DNA of 64,000 nt. Source: an uncultured Eubacteriales bacterium (GTDB taxonomy: Bacteria; Bacillota; Clostridia; Oscillospirales; Oscillospiraceae). The DNA is taken from positions 676-64,675 of the forward strand of contig CATJWI010000115.1 in assembly GCA_949744075.1 (NCBI GenBank), given 5' to 3'. A model generated the notes under the pieces. It did no database searches and was not told the DNA's origin. It saw only the letters and a program-made list of their open reading frames with translations. Of the stretch, positions 9,254 through 18,276 are shown piece after piece; positions within the stretch are counted from its first letter, which is position 1, and every line of letters starts with the position of its first letter. Made by a program: the position numbers and the translations under genes.

Positions 9254-10540
9254 TTATTTCTCCTTTCCGGGTTTTCCCAACCGTTGGAACATCTCGTGCT
9301 TGTACGCCTCCACCCCCGGCTGGTCGAAGGGGTTCACCCCTAAGAGCTCACAGGAGAGGCAGCAGGCGAAGATAAAGTAGTAATAGAGCTGTCCCAGAGT
9401 GTGTGCGTCGATGGCGGGGAGGGTGAACTCCAGACAGGGGATGCCCCGCTGGCTGTGGGCGGCGAAGGTTCCCTCCCGGGCAGCCTCGTTGATGTCCCAG
9501 AAGTCCTTGTCCTCCAAGTAGTCGAAATAGTCCTTTTTCTCCTCGTGGGGCAGGACCACTGAGGCATCCCGGGCCTCCACCCGCAGGAAGGTCTCAAAAA
9601 GGATGGGGCGGCCCTGCTGGACATACTGGCCCACGGCGTGGAGGTCCTCCGAGTTGCTGGAGACGATGGGGTAGAGGGCGGTATTTTCCTTGCCCTCGCT
9701 CTCGGCAAAGGTCTGGACCCACCACTTGGCGAAGTAGTTTAGACGGGGCTCGAAGAAGGAGAGCATCTCCATGGCGTAGCCCTTCTCTAAGAGTAGCTTG
9801 CGGATGCAGGCGTAGCGCAGGGCCAGGTTGTTTTCCGCCGGTTCCGAAAAGAGGCGGTCCCGCATCTCCCGCATCCCCGCCGTCACCGCCCGGATGTCCA
9901 CCCCGGCCACCGCCATAGGGAAGAGTCCCACGTCGGAGAGCACCGAGAACCGTCCCCCCACCCGCTCTGGGAAGGTGAGGAAGGTGTAGCCGTGATCCTT
10001 ACACAGCTGATGGAGGGTGCTTCCAGGGGTACCGGTGGCAAAGATGCGCTTGGCGGCCTCCTGCTCCCCGTAGCGTTTCTCCAAATACTGCCGCAGCACG
10101 CGGAAGGCGATACCCGGCTCTAAGGTCTCGAAGTTTTTGGCGATGCAGTCAATATACACCGAGCGGCAACCGTCCAGTTCCTCTAAGGTCCGGGCCATCT
10201 CGGCGGCCGAGATGGTGTTCCCCGCCCACAGAATGGCGGGGCCATCCTTGGGCCGCAGGGCCTTGATGGCCGCCCGGGATGCCTGGTTGGAGCCGCCGAT
10301 GCCGATGACCACGAAAGCGTCGGCGTCCCGGCGGACCCGCTCAGCCTCTTGGAGCAGGTAGTCCACCCGGGCCGGGCCGGCGGTTTCGTCCACGGTGCGC
10401 CAGCCGGTAAAGTCGGCGTACTTGGGGTCCCCCTCCGCCATCCGCTTTAGGATGGGCGCCGCCCCCCGGCAGCGCTCCTCCAGCTCTCCTGGGGCGATGA
10501 CCCCCTTGAGGTCCACATAGCGCAGGCTGATCTGTCCCAT
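9254..10540 (-). CDS. Glucose-6-phosphate isomerase paralogue
   Basis: GIGGS, GGRFSVLS, AESEGK, DLHAVGQ, NPFDQPGVEAYK. Confidence 0.88.
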   Translation of the reverse strand: MGQISLRYVDLKGVIAPGELEERCRGAAPILKRMAEGDPKYADFTGWRTVDETAGPARVDYLLQEAERVRRDADAFVVIGIGGSNQASRAAIKALRPKDGPAILWAGNTISAAEMARTLEELDGCRSVYIDCIAKNFETLEPGIAFRVLRQYLEKRYGEQEAAKRIFATGTPGSTLHQLCKDHGYTFLTFPERVGGRFSVLSDVGLFPMAVAGVDIRAVTAGMREMRDRLFSEPAENNLALRYACIRKLLLEKGYAMEMLSFFEPRLNYFAKWWVQTFAESEGKENTALYPIVSSNSEDLHAVGQYVQQGRPILFETFLRVEARDASVVLPHEEKKDYFDYLEDKDFWDINEAAREGTFAAHSQRGIPCLEFTLPAIDAHTLGQLYYYFIFACCLSCELLGVNPFDQPGVEAYKHEMFQRLGKPGKEK

Positions 10541-10547
10541 AGTCCTC

Positions 10548-11693
10548 CTATCCCTTCTCCGCCCGATAGACCCGGGTGCCCTTCACATAGGTCTCCAGGA
10601 CGTTCCAAGCTCCGTCCAGCAGCACCAGGTCGGCGTCCTTCCCCGGGGCCAGGCTCCCCTTTTTCCCCCAGCCCATGAGCTTGGCGGGGTTGGCGCTCAT
10701 AAGTTCCACTGCCTTCTCCGGAGTCGCCCCTGTCCAGGACACCAGGTTCCGGAGGGCCCGGAGCTGGGTGAGGGTGGACCCGGCCCGGGTGCCCTCGGGC
10801 AGCCGGGCATCCCCCTCTTTTACGATGACATCGTTGACTCCCAACTTATAGGTGCCGTCGGGGAGGCCGGCGGCCATAATGGAGTCGGTGATGGCCACCA
10901 CCTTGTCCCAGCCCTTGGCCTTCAGATAGAGCCGCACCGAGCCGGGGTGGAGGTGAAGGCCGTCGCAGATGGCCTCCACCCAGCAGTCCGATTCCAGGGC
11001 CACCCCCCAGATGGCGGGGTCGTGCTGGTGGAAGAGCCGCTCGGCGTTGCCCAGGTGGGTGGCGGCGGTAACACCCGCCTTGACTGCCGCCCAGGCGGTG
11101 TCGTAGTCCGCGGCGCTGTGGCCCATGGCCACCACGATGCCCAGCTCCCGCAGCTGGGGCAGGGCGGCGATAGCCCCCGGGATCTCAGGGGAGAGGGTCA
11201 GGTAGGTCACGTGGCCCCCGGCGGCTTGCTGGTACTCCCGGAAGAGGTCGGCCTTGGCTTCCTTCATCAGCAGGTGCTCGGGCATAGCCCCCTTGTACTC
11301 CACCGACAGGCAGGGACCCTCCAGGTGGATGCCCAGCAACTGCGCTCCGCCGCTGCCCTCCTCGATCACGGTGCGGGCGGCGGCAATGGCCTTCAGGGTC
11401 TGCTCCTTGGTGTCGGTCAGGATGGAGCACTGCCAGCCCGTCACCCCCTGGGCAGCGAAGAACCGGGCGATCTTCCGCAGGCCCTCGGGACCGGCGGCGT
11501 TTACGTCCACCCCGGCAGCTCCGTGGGTGTGGAGGTCCAGGAAGCCGGGCAGGGCCAGGGCTCCGCCCCCGTCTCTCTCGGGCAGACTCTTGGTGTTCTC
11601 CCCTCCCAGGGCGGTGATGGTCCCCTCCTCCACCGTCAGGGAGCTGAGGGCACCCCCCAGGCGAATATTGTTCAGAAAAAAGCTGTTATCCAT
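10548..11693 (-). CDS. nagA: N-acetylglucosamine-6-phosphate deacetylase family protein
   Basis: PGFLDLHTHG, GIHLEGP, GHS, TH, DGLH, ITD, AGS, NPA, GKDADLV. Confidence 0.88.
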   Translation of the reverse strand: MDNSFFLNNIRLGGALSSLTVEEGTITALGGENTKSLPERDGGGALALPGFLDLHTHGAAGVDVNAAGPEGLRKIARFFAAQGVTGWQCSILTDTKEQTLKAIAAARTVIEEGSGGAQLLGIHLEGPCLSVEYKGAMPEHLLMKEAKADLFREYQQAAGGHVTYLTLSPEIPGAIAALPQLRELGIVVAMGHSAADYDTAWAAVKAGVTAATHLGNAERLFHQHDPAIWGVALESDCWVEAICDGLHLHPGSVRLYLKAKGWDKVVAITDSIMAAGLPDGTYKLGVNDVIVKEGDARLPEGTRAGSTLTQLRALRNLVSWTGATPEKAVELMSANPAKLMGWGKKGSLAPGKDADLVLLDGAWNVLETYVKGTRVYRAEKG

Positions 11694-11706
11694 AATATCC
11701 CTTCTC

Positions 11707-12525
11707 TCAGTAGGGCCGCTGGGCGGCCACGGCGTTGACGATGAGTGTTACATCCGGGTGGTTCTGGGCCAGGGTCACAGGGAAGGCCGCCGTCACCTCT
11801 CCGTAGGCCGCCCGGCGGCATACCGCCCGGTGCCAGTCCCGGAACACCGCCAGGCGCAGCTTCTTGGCCGAGAGGATCTGCTTCATGCCGATGGTGACGC
11901 ACTTTCGGGGCATATCCTCCAACGCACCCCCCAGGTCCCCTACGCAGTTGGTGGCCCGGGTCTCGGGGGCGATGTCCAGCACCCGGGTGGGCAGCTGGCT
12001 GAACTGCACCGGCGTCAGCTCCGGCTGGGGCTCGTTGAAGGCCAGGTGCCCGGTGATGCCGATGCCGCCGAAGCAGACGTCGGGGCCACCCAGTTCCTCT
12101 AACAGCCGGTCGGTCTTCTCCGGGGCCGCCGGGTCGGGAAAGACCCGCTGGGCTTGGGGCATCAGCAGCTCAGGGCGGATCTGGGAGTAGACCTGCCGGT
12201 CCATAAAGCCCCTGAAGGACAGGGGGTCCTCCCTGGAGATATAGTTTCCGTCGTCGGCAAGGTATTCATCCATATTGAAGAACCAGCAGTCCTTCAGGCT
12301 CAGGCCCTCCTCATTCACCAGGCGGACAAAGATGGGGTACTGGCCCACCGGACCCACGGGCACGATGAACACCGTTTTTTCTTCCCGCTGGTTGTGGTCC
12401 CGGATGGTGTCCACCATCTCCCGGGCCAGCTCGTAGAAGGCCTCTCCTGAGTCCCCCACTTTTAGGATGGGCAGCTTGGCGCCCTTTCCCAGTTCCTGGG
12501 AGGATAAGCGGTAGTAGTCATGCAT
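11707..12525 (-). CDS. Glucosamine-6-phosphate deaminase (NagB-like) family protein
   Basis: FNMDEY, SFRGFM, GIGITGHLAFNEP, TR, TIGMKQIL, FPVTL. Confidence 0.82.
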   Translation of the reverse strand: MHDYYRLSSQELGKGAKLPILKVGDSGEAFYELAREMVDTIRDHNQREEKTVFIVPVGPVGQYPIFVRLVNEEGLSLKDCWFFNMDEYLADDGNYISREDPLSFRGFMDRQVYSQIRPELLMPQAQRVFPDPAAPEKTDRLLEELGGPDVCFGGIGITGHLAFNEPQPELTPVQFSQLPTRVLDIAPETRATNCVGDLGGALEDMPRKCVTIGMKQILSAKKLRLAVFRDWHRAVCRRAAYGEVTAAFPVTLAQNHPDVTLIVNAVAAQRPY

Positions 12526-12630
12526 GGTAAAAACCTCTCTTTCACCGAAAGTCTGTGTGCGGTATGGGGCGGCGGGGGCAAGGTCTCGCTACCGCCCGGC
12601 GGCGGAGCGGTACAACGTTGTTTGTTGTCC

Positions 12631-12704
12631 GTAGGGGCGAGCTGCGCTCGCCCGGAGCCTATGGGGATAGAACAACGCACCGGGCGAGCACAGCTCGCCC
12701 CTAC
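12631..12704. repeat. Inverted pair of GTAG REP-like palindromes
   Basis: GTAGGGGCGAGCTGCGCTCGCCCG ... CGGGCGAGCACAGCTCGCCCCTAC. Confidence 0.75.
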
Positions 12705-12738
12705 GGAGTTGGTCGAACGGGGTTCCGTTCCTGGCCCC

Positions 12739-13413
12739 TTAGAGGAATAAATGCTCCAGTCCCAGCTGGCGGATCATGGTGACGATCTCCTTGGTCCGGG
12801 AGCAGCCGAATTTGTTCAAAAGGCCCTTGATCTGGGTCTTGACGGTGACCAGCTCCACACACCGGGCCGTGGCGATCTCCTGGACCTTCAGGCCCTGGAG
12901 CAGCAGGCGCACCAGCTCCCGCTCCGCCGGGGTGAGCCGGGCCACATTGCTGATAAAGAAAATGAGGGAGCGCTCGCTTTGGTGGAGGCGGGTATACTCC
13001 CGCATGACGATCTGCCGCACGTTCTGCTCCAGGGTGGTCTGGTCGGTGTGGGCCCTGCGGATGTGGTCCAGCAGCACCTCGTCCTCGCAGCCCTTTACCA
13101 CGTAGTCCACCGCCCCGCTGGCCATGGCGCTGAGGATCACATCCTCGGTCTCGTGGGCGGTGAGGAAGACGATCTTCACCCCCGGGCGGAACTGGTGGAT
13201 GGCCTCGGCGGCGATGATGCCCGCCTGCATGGTCTCCATCTCGATGTCCATGAGGATCACGTCGCACTCCCGCTCCCGGGCCAGGGCGCAGATCTCCTGG
13301 CTGCTGGCGGCGGAGCCCGCCACCTCCATATCTCCGGCCCGGCCGATGACATCGCAGACGTCCTCCCGCAAGAGGGGCATATCCTCGGCGATCATCACCC
13401 TGATCTTCTCCAT
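12739..13413 (-). CDS. NarL/LuxR-family response regulator
   Basis: Start MEKIRVMIAED; DVILMDIEM, FLTAH, YVVK; LuxR HTH LTPAERE...TVKTQIKGLLNKF. Confidence 0.92.
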   Translation of the reverse strand: MEKIRVMIAEDMPLLREDVCDVIGRAGDMEVAGSAASSQEICALARERECDVILMDIEMETMQAGIIAAEAIHQFRPGVKIVFLTAHETEDVILSAMASGAVDYVVKGCEDEVLLDHIRRAHTDQTTLEQNVRQIVMREYTRLHQSERSLIFFISNVARLTPAERELVRLLLQGLKVQEIATARCVELVTVKTQIKGLLNKFGCSRTKEIVTMIRQLGLEHLFL

Positions 13414-13418
13414 CTCCC

Positions 13419-14924
13419 TCACCCCTTGTTCCCCTCGCCAAAGAGGGGCAACATGATAAAAAAGCTGGTCCCCTCCCCCACCCGGCTCTCCAGGCGGAGG
13501 CGGCCAAAGTGGCTCTTTACGATGCGGCGGACGTAGTAAAGGCCCATGCCCCAGTTGTAGTTGGTGTTTTTGCTGGTGAAAAAGGGCTCGTAGATCTTGC
13601 TCTGGAGCTCCGCCGGGATGCCGCCGCCGTTGTCCCGGACCTCGAAGACGGTCCACAGCCGCTCCCCCCGGACGATCAGCTCCACCCGGGGCTCCCGGCC
13701 CGCCTGAAAGGCGGCCTCGCAGCCGTTGGTCAGCAGGTTGTAGAGGGCCTCGCTGAGGGGGCCCTGGTCGGCCAGCGCCAACCGCCCGGTGATGAGGTCC
13801 AGGGAGACTTCCACCCCGGGATATTTGCCGTGGAACCGCTCCACCGCGGACCGGGCCACCTGCTCCACGCTCACCGGGGAGAGGGACAGGGCACTGTTCT
13901 TCACCGTGCGGTAGAGCTCGTCCATCCGCCCCAGCATCCCCTCGTTGAGCTCCCGCAGGGCCTGGGCGCAGGCGCGGACCTGCTCCAGGTCGGGCTCCTG
14001 GGCCTCCAGGGCCCGGGAGAGCTTTTTGTGGAGCACACGGCTGGAGAGCAGCTGGTTCTTGATGCCGTGGACAAAGACAGACACCCCCGTCCCCGCCGCG
14101 TCGAACTTTCGCTGGAGGGAGACCTCCTCCCGGTCCTCGGCGTAGTCCAGCTGGGCGTAGCACACCATGCCGTAGCTGCCCAAAATCACGAACAGGCCCG
14201 TGCAGGCCCCCAGGATCAGCCAGCCCACCACCGTGAGGGAGGGGCCGATATAACTGGTGATGCCCAGGCGGATATACTCCCCTATGAACATGTTGTAAAT
14301 TTGGGCCGGGTCCTTGGTGGCGTAGAGAAGGTAGAGGGCGGTGATGCTGACGGTGGAGAAAAGGATATACCCGGTGTGCCGCTTGAAATACCGGATGGTG
14401 ATGGCCCGGTACTCCTGGACCAGCAGGAAAAAGGCCAGGGCCACATAGGCCAGGATCCAGGCCATGGATATGGGGATCATGGCGGTGAGCAGCCAGAACC
14501 GCCCTCGGACCAGCTCCCGGAACACCTCGGGGTAATAGTAGATCAGAAACAGGGCGGGGATGAGGAAGGACAGGCGCTTGAGCTGCTTGAGCCGCCGGCG
14601 GACCCGGCTGTTCATACTCACCTCCAGGCCCACCAGCAGTAAAAACCAGGGGAACAGGGTCCGGCCGATGGCCACCATATACCCCAGGATACTCATGGGG
14701 ATGGGCCGGGTCTGGAGCCACCGCTGGAGCTCCGGCCGGAGGAAGAGGAAGGTCTTTTCGGTGGCGGCCAGCCCGCCTACCTTGGCGATATACATGACGA
14801 TCCCTGCCAGCATCATGCTGACGGTGACGCTCATGCCCAAAAGATACAGGGAAAGGTGGTCCCGCCGCCGCAAGGCCACATAGACGGACACCATCAGGCA
14901 CAAAAACAGCACCAGGATCAGCAT
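13419..14924 (-). CDS. Membrane-bound sensor histidine kinase (multi-TM sensing domain)
   Basis: ~7 TM; HGIKNQL H-box, NLLTNG, DNGGG, PFFTSK, GMGL. Confidence 0.92.
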   Translation of the reverse strand: MLILVLFLCLMVSVYVALRRRDHLSLYLLGMSVTVSMMLAGIVMYIAKVGGLAATEKTFLFLRPELQRWLQTRPIPMSILGYMVAIGRTLFPWFLLLVGLEVSMNSRVRRRLKQLKRLSFLIPALFLIYYYPEVFRELVRGRFWLLTAMIPISMAWILAYVALAFFLLVQEYRAITIRYFKRHTGYILFSTVSITALYLLYATKDPAQIYNMFIGEYIRLGITSYIGPSLTVVGWLILGACTGLFVILGSYGMVCYAQLDYAEDREEVSLQRKFDAAGTGVSVFVHGIKNQLLSSRVLHKKLSRALEAQEPDLEQVRACAQALRELNEGMLGRMDELYRTVKNSALSLSPVSVEQVARSAVERFHGKYPGVEVSLDLITGRLALADQGPLSEALYNLLTNGCEAAFQAGREPRVELIVRGERLWTVFEVRDNGGGIPAELQSKIYEPFFTSKNTNYNWGMGLYYVRRIVKSHFGRLRLESRVGEGTSFFIMLPLFGEGNKG

Positions 14925-14948
14925 TGGGCCTTCCCCCCTTCTCCCTCT

Positions 14949-14976
14949 ATTATACCGGCTTTTTCCCCCTTTTCAA
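14949..14976 (-). promoter_or_regulatory. Putative sigmaA promoter of the two-component genes
   Basis: TTGAAA-N16-TATAAT on the minus strand upstream of the kinase. Confidence 0.55.
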
Positions 14977-16259
14977 GCAGACTTTTCCATTTCCTTCAGC
15001 AGCTCTATGAGCAGCATCAGGTTCCGGGTGATGTGGTAGGGGTCCTTCACCGGCAGCCGCCCGCCGATCTGGCCCAGGTTGGGGGAGCCGTCCCGGCTGC
15101 GCAGCTGGATCCATTCCCCCACCGCTTTGTTGGGGTTGGGGAAGGTGCGAAAGGTATACTCGTGGTACCTTTGGTAGGTCTCCCAAAAGTCCTCCTCCCC
15201 CGTCCGGGCATAGCACAGGAGGTTGGCATACATGGTCTCGGTGTGGGGCCACCAGAGCTTGTTGCTCCAGTCCCGCACCGCCGCCTCCGCCAGGGCTTTC
15301 TCCGCCTCAAAGAAGGTCCCCCGGGGGGCGCCGCCCTCCCGGTCCAAGTAGTACATCATGCCTCCCTGTTCTTCATCCCAGGCCAGGGCGCTGGTGCGGC
15401 GGATGGTCTTCACTGCTTTCTCCACCACGTCCGGACGACCCAGACGCCGCCCTGAGCGGAGGAGGAACCACATGCTCTCGTTGGTGTGGCCCGGGTTGAT
15501 GTGCCGACCATATATTGTTTCCAAGAGCCCGTTATTTTCATCCAGGCACTCATGGACGATGCCCTGGGGGCTGATGAAGTGGTCGGAGATGTCCTCCATG
15601 GCCTCCAGGATCACCTTGTCGGCCTCCGAAGCCTCCTCTTCCCGGCCCAGGGTCCGGAGGGCCTGGGCCAGTTCCTCCCCGGTGTTCACTAAGATCATGG
15701 CCGGCGCGTGACTCCGCCAGCCGGCCGGCAGCACGTCGGGGGCAGTGCGGAAGCGCCCCTGCCGCCACTCCTCCGCCGCGCGGCGGAAGAGTGCCAGGGC
15801 TTTGTTCACATACCCCGGCTCCCCCAGCAGCTCTCCCGCCGCCGCCAGGCCCATGATGACGAAGCAGTCGGCAAAGGTGCTTACGGCGTATCCGCTGCCG
15901 GGATAGAGCTCCATGGGTTCATTATCCGGGGAGAGACGGAAGGCGCAGGAGCCGTCGGGCAGGATGCAATGCTCCAGCAAAAACCGGGCCCCCATGGCCG
16001 CCAGGTCCCGGCACCGCTCCCTCAGCTCCGGGGACAGCTCTACCATGTCCCCCTGGGCCAGCCTGGCGTACATCCAGGTACAGCGGCCCTGGGACCACAC
16101 GTATTTCTCTTTGGACACCAACTTTTCGCCTGTAGGCTCGTAGCAGGTGAAAAAGCCACCCTGCGCCGTGTCTGTTTTGGGCAGCCAATAGGGCAGGATC
16201 ACTTTGGTCAGGTGGTCCTCATAAAAGCGCCGCCGATCTTGCAGCTGTTGTCGGTCCAT
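14973..16259 (-). CDS. AGE-family epimerase, N-acylglucosamine 2-epimerase-like
   Basis: KYVWSQGR, INPGHTNESMWF, KLWWPHTE, GEW, KDPYH. Confidence 0.87.
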   Translation of the reverse strand: MDRQQLQDRRRFYEDHLTKVILPYWLPKTDTAQGGFFTCYEPTGEKLVSKEKYVWSQGRCTWMYARLAQGDMVELSPELRERCRDLAAMGARFLLEHCILPDGSCAFRLSPDNEPMELYPGSGYAVSTFADCFVIMGLAAAGELLGEPGYVNKALALFRRAAEEWRQGRFRTAPDVLPAGWRSHAPAMILVNTGEELAQALRTLGREEEASEADKVILEAMEDISDHFISPQGIVHECLDENNGLLETIYGRHINPGHTNESMWFLLRSGRRLGRPDVVEKAVKTIRRTSALAWDEEQGGMMYYLDREGGAPRGTFFEAEKALAEAAVRDWSNKLWWPHTETMYANLLCYARTGEEDFWETYQRYHEYTFRTFPNPNKAVGEWIQLRSRDGSPNLGQIGGRLPVKDPYHITRNLMLLIELLKEMEKSA

Positions 16260-16282
16260 GTGTCTGCCTCCCCCTTACGGAA

Positions 16283-16316
16283 AGCAGGGCACAAAGCCTT
16301 GACTTTGTGCCCTGCT
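16283..16316. terminator. Intergenic hairpin (stabiliser or partial terminator) after the SBP gene
   Basis: AGCAGGGCACAAAG-loop-CTTTGTGCCCTGCT. Confidence 0.55.
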
Positions 16317-16337
16317 GGTCCTTTCCGGCTTTTTTGA

Positions 16338-17411
16338 TTATTTGGTGCTGTTGTAGAGCTCCATGCACTCGTTCATCACGTCATAGAGAACGTACTCGGC
16401 GGTGTCCACCTTCTCGGGGATACGGCCGCCGTCCACGAAGACCTGCTGCTGAGCCTCGTAGTAGCCCTGGATGGTGCCATCGGCCAGGCCCGTCTCGATG
16501 AAGTCGGGGGTGAGCCACTCGCCGGAGTTCTTGGTCTCCAGGATGGTGGCGGGATCGGCCTCCACCTCCTTGGCAAGCCAGGCGCACACGTCCTCGATGT
16601 GGTCGTTGCGGTAGGCCTGGGCCTTCAACAGGGCGGCGCCGAAGCGGACCAGCACGTCATGGTTCTCCTCGTTATACTTGTCGGTAGTGATGAAGCTGCC
16701 GGGGAAAGTGGCCACATCCAGGAACTCGTAGTTGGTGGCCACGGTCTTCACCTTGTCGCCCATCTGCTGCTCAATGGTGGTGTTGCTGGGGGCCCAGGTG
16801 GCGCAGCCCGCGATCTGGCCGGCCACCATGGCGGTGACCATGCCCTGGGCGTCCATCTCTACCAGGTCCAGGTCGTCGGCGCTCATGCCCGCCTTCTGGA
16901 GGGCCAGTTGGAGGATGAGCTCGGAGGAGGTGCCGGTGGAGACGGCCACCGTCTTGCCCTTCAGGTCCTCGATGCTGTTGATGCCCTGCTCGGTGTTGAC
17001 CATGACCACGTCGGACACGCCCAGACAGTCGATCTGGAAGATCTTGGCCTGGCCCTCAATGCAGAGGGCGTGGGCGCCGTGGCCGATCTGGGAGATGTCG
17101 ATATCCCCGGAGGCCATGGCGGCGATCTCGGGCGGACCGCTCTGGAACTGGGTCAGGGTGACCTCCAGGCCGTAGTCTTCAAAGTAGCCCATCTCCTGGG
17201 CGGTGACCAGGGTGGAGCCGGAGCCCATGTTGGGCATGAAGGCCACCCGGACGGAGGCAGGCTCATAGGTAGGGCCGGCGGGGGCCTCGGACTCCACCGG
17301 GGGCTCAGAGGGAGCGGGGGTGGGGGTGGCGGCGGTGCCGCCGCCGCAGGCGGCCAGGCCCAGGAGCATAGAGCCCGCCAGGAGCAGGGAGATCAGGTTC
17401 TTCTTTTTCAC
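16338..17411 (-). CDS. ABC substrate-binding lipoprotein, SsuA/TauA/NMT1 type
   Basis: Lipobox LAAC; FQSGPPEIAAMASGDIDI; DLKGKTVAVSTGTSSE; TWAP. Confidence 0.88.
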   Translation of the reverse strand: MKKKNLISLLLAGSMLLGLAACGGGTAATPTPAPSEPPVESEAPAGPTYEPASVRVAFMPNMGSGSTLVTAQEMGYFEDYGLEVTLTQFQSGPPEIAAMASGDIDISQIGHGAHALCIEGQAKIFQIDCLGVSDVVMVNTEQGINSIEDLKGKTVAVSTGTSSELILQLALQKAGMSADDLDLVEMDAQGMVTAMVAGQIAGCATWAPSNTTIEQQMGDKVKTVATNYEFLDVATFPGSFITTDKYNEENHDVLVRFGAALLKAQAYRNDHIEDVCAWLAKEVEADPATILETKNSGEWLTPDFIETGLADGTIQGYYEAQQQVFVDGGRIPEKVDTAEYVLYDVMNECMELYNSTK

Positions 17412-17472
17412 AGTATGTTCCTCCTTTAAATGTTGAGATGGGGCGTTTTGATAACCGGCCCAAGCCGGGGTA

Positions 17473-18276
17473 TCACTTTCTCACCGCCAGGTACTCCTGG
17501 TAGACCTGGTTCCAGATATAGTTCTTCAGCTCCAGGAACCGGGGGGACATTTTGGTCTTCTGGTCCCGGGGGTAGGGGATGTCGATATCCACGACATCCT
17601 TCACCCGGCCGGGCCGGGCACACATGATGACCACCCGCTGGGCCAGGATGATGGCCTCCTCCACGTCGTGGGTGATGAAGAAGCAGGTCTTCTGCTCCTT
17701 CTCCCAGGTCTCCAGCAGCTCCGACTGGAGCTGGGTCCGGGTCTGGGCGTCCAGGGCGCCGAAGGGTTCGTCCATCAGCAGCACCTTGGGGTTGACGGCG
17801 TAGGCCCGGGCGATGGCCACCCGCTGCTTCATGCCGCCGGAGAGCTCTTTGGGGTAGGACTTGGCGAATTGCTCCAGGTCCACCATCTTGAGATACTTGT
17901 GGGCCAGCTCCTGGCACTCCTGGGGGTTCTTCCCCTGGAGCTTCAGGCCGAACTGCACGTTCTTCTCCACCGTGAGCCAGGGAAAGAGGGCGTACTGCTG
18001 GAACACGATGCCCCGGTCGGGGCCGGGGCCCTCCACCTCCTTACCATCCACCAGCACCCGGCCCTCGGTGGGGGTCTCCAGGCCACCGATGATGTTCAGC
18101 AGAGTGGACTTGCCGCAGCCCGAGGGGCCCACCACACAGACGAACTCGTTTTCCTTGATGTCCAGGTCCACTCCGTTGAGGGCCACCATCTCGCCGTTGC
18201 GTCCGTTGAACTTTTTTACCACATGGTCGATGTGGACTTTCACAGGGGAAGTCACTGCTGCACCGTTTCCTGCCAT
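17473..18276 (-). CDS. ABC ATP-binding protein, TauB/SsuB type
   Basis: GPSGCGKS, VFQQYALFPW, LSGGMKQR, LLMDEPFGALD, FITHD. Confidence 0.95.
   Translation of the reverse strand: MAGNGAAVTSPVKVHIDHVVKKFNGRNGEMVALNGVDLDIKENEFVCVVGPSGCGKSTLLNIIGGLETPTEGRVLVDGKEVEGPGPDRGIVFQQYALFPWLTVEKNVQFGLKLQGKNPQECQELAHKYLKMVDLEQFAKSYPKELSGGMKQRVAIARAYAVNPKVLLMDEPFGALDAQTRTQLQSELLETWEKEQKTCFFITHDVEEAIILAQRVVIMCARPGRVKDVVDIDIPYPRDQKTKMSPRFLELKNYIWNQVYQEYLAVRK

Noticed and set aside
12739-14901. 720-aa ORF as a hybrid regulator
   Set aside because: Only the last 224 aa (from 13413) are the response regulator; the rest is an off-frame overlap with the kinase gene
14973-16259. AGE protein as a canonical sulfoquinovose isomerase (YihS) or part of a sialic-acid operon
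   Set aside because: Motifs look closer to N-acylglucosamine 2-epimerase; there is no sulfoquinovosidase and no nanA, nanK or nanE in the cluster, so neither known pathway fits as is
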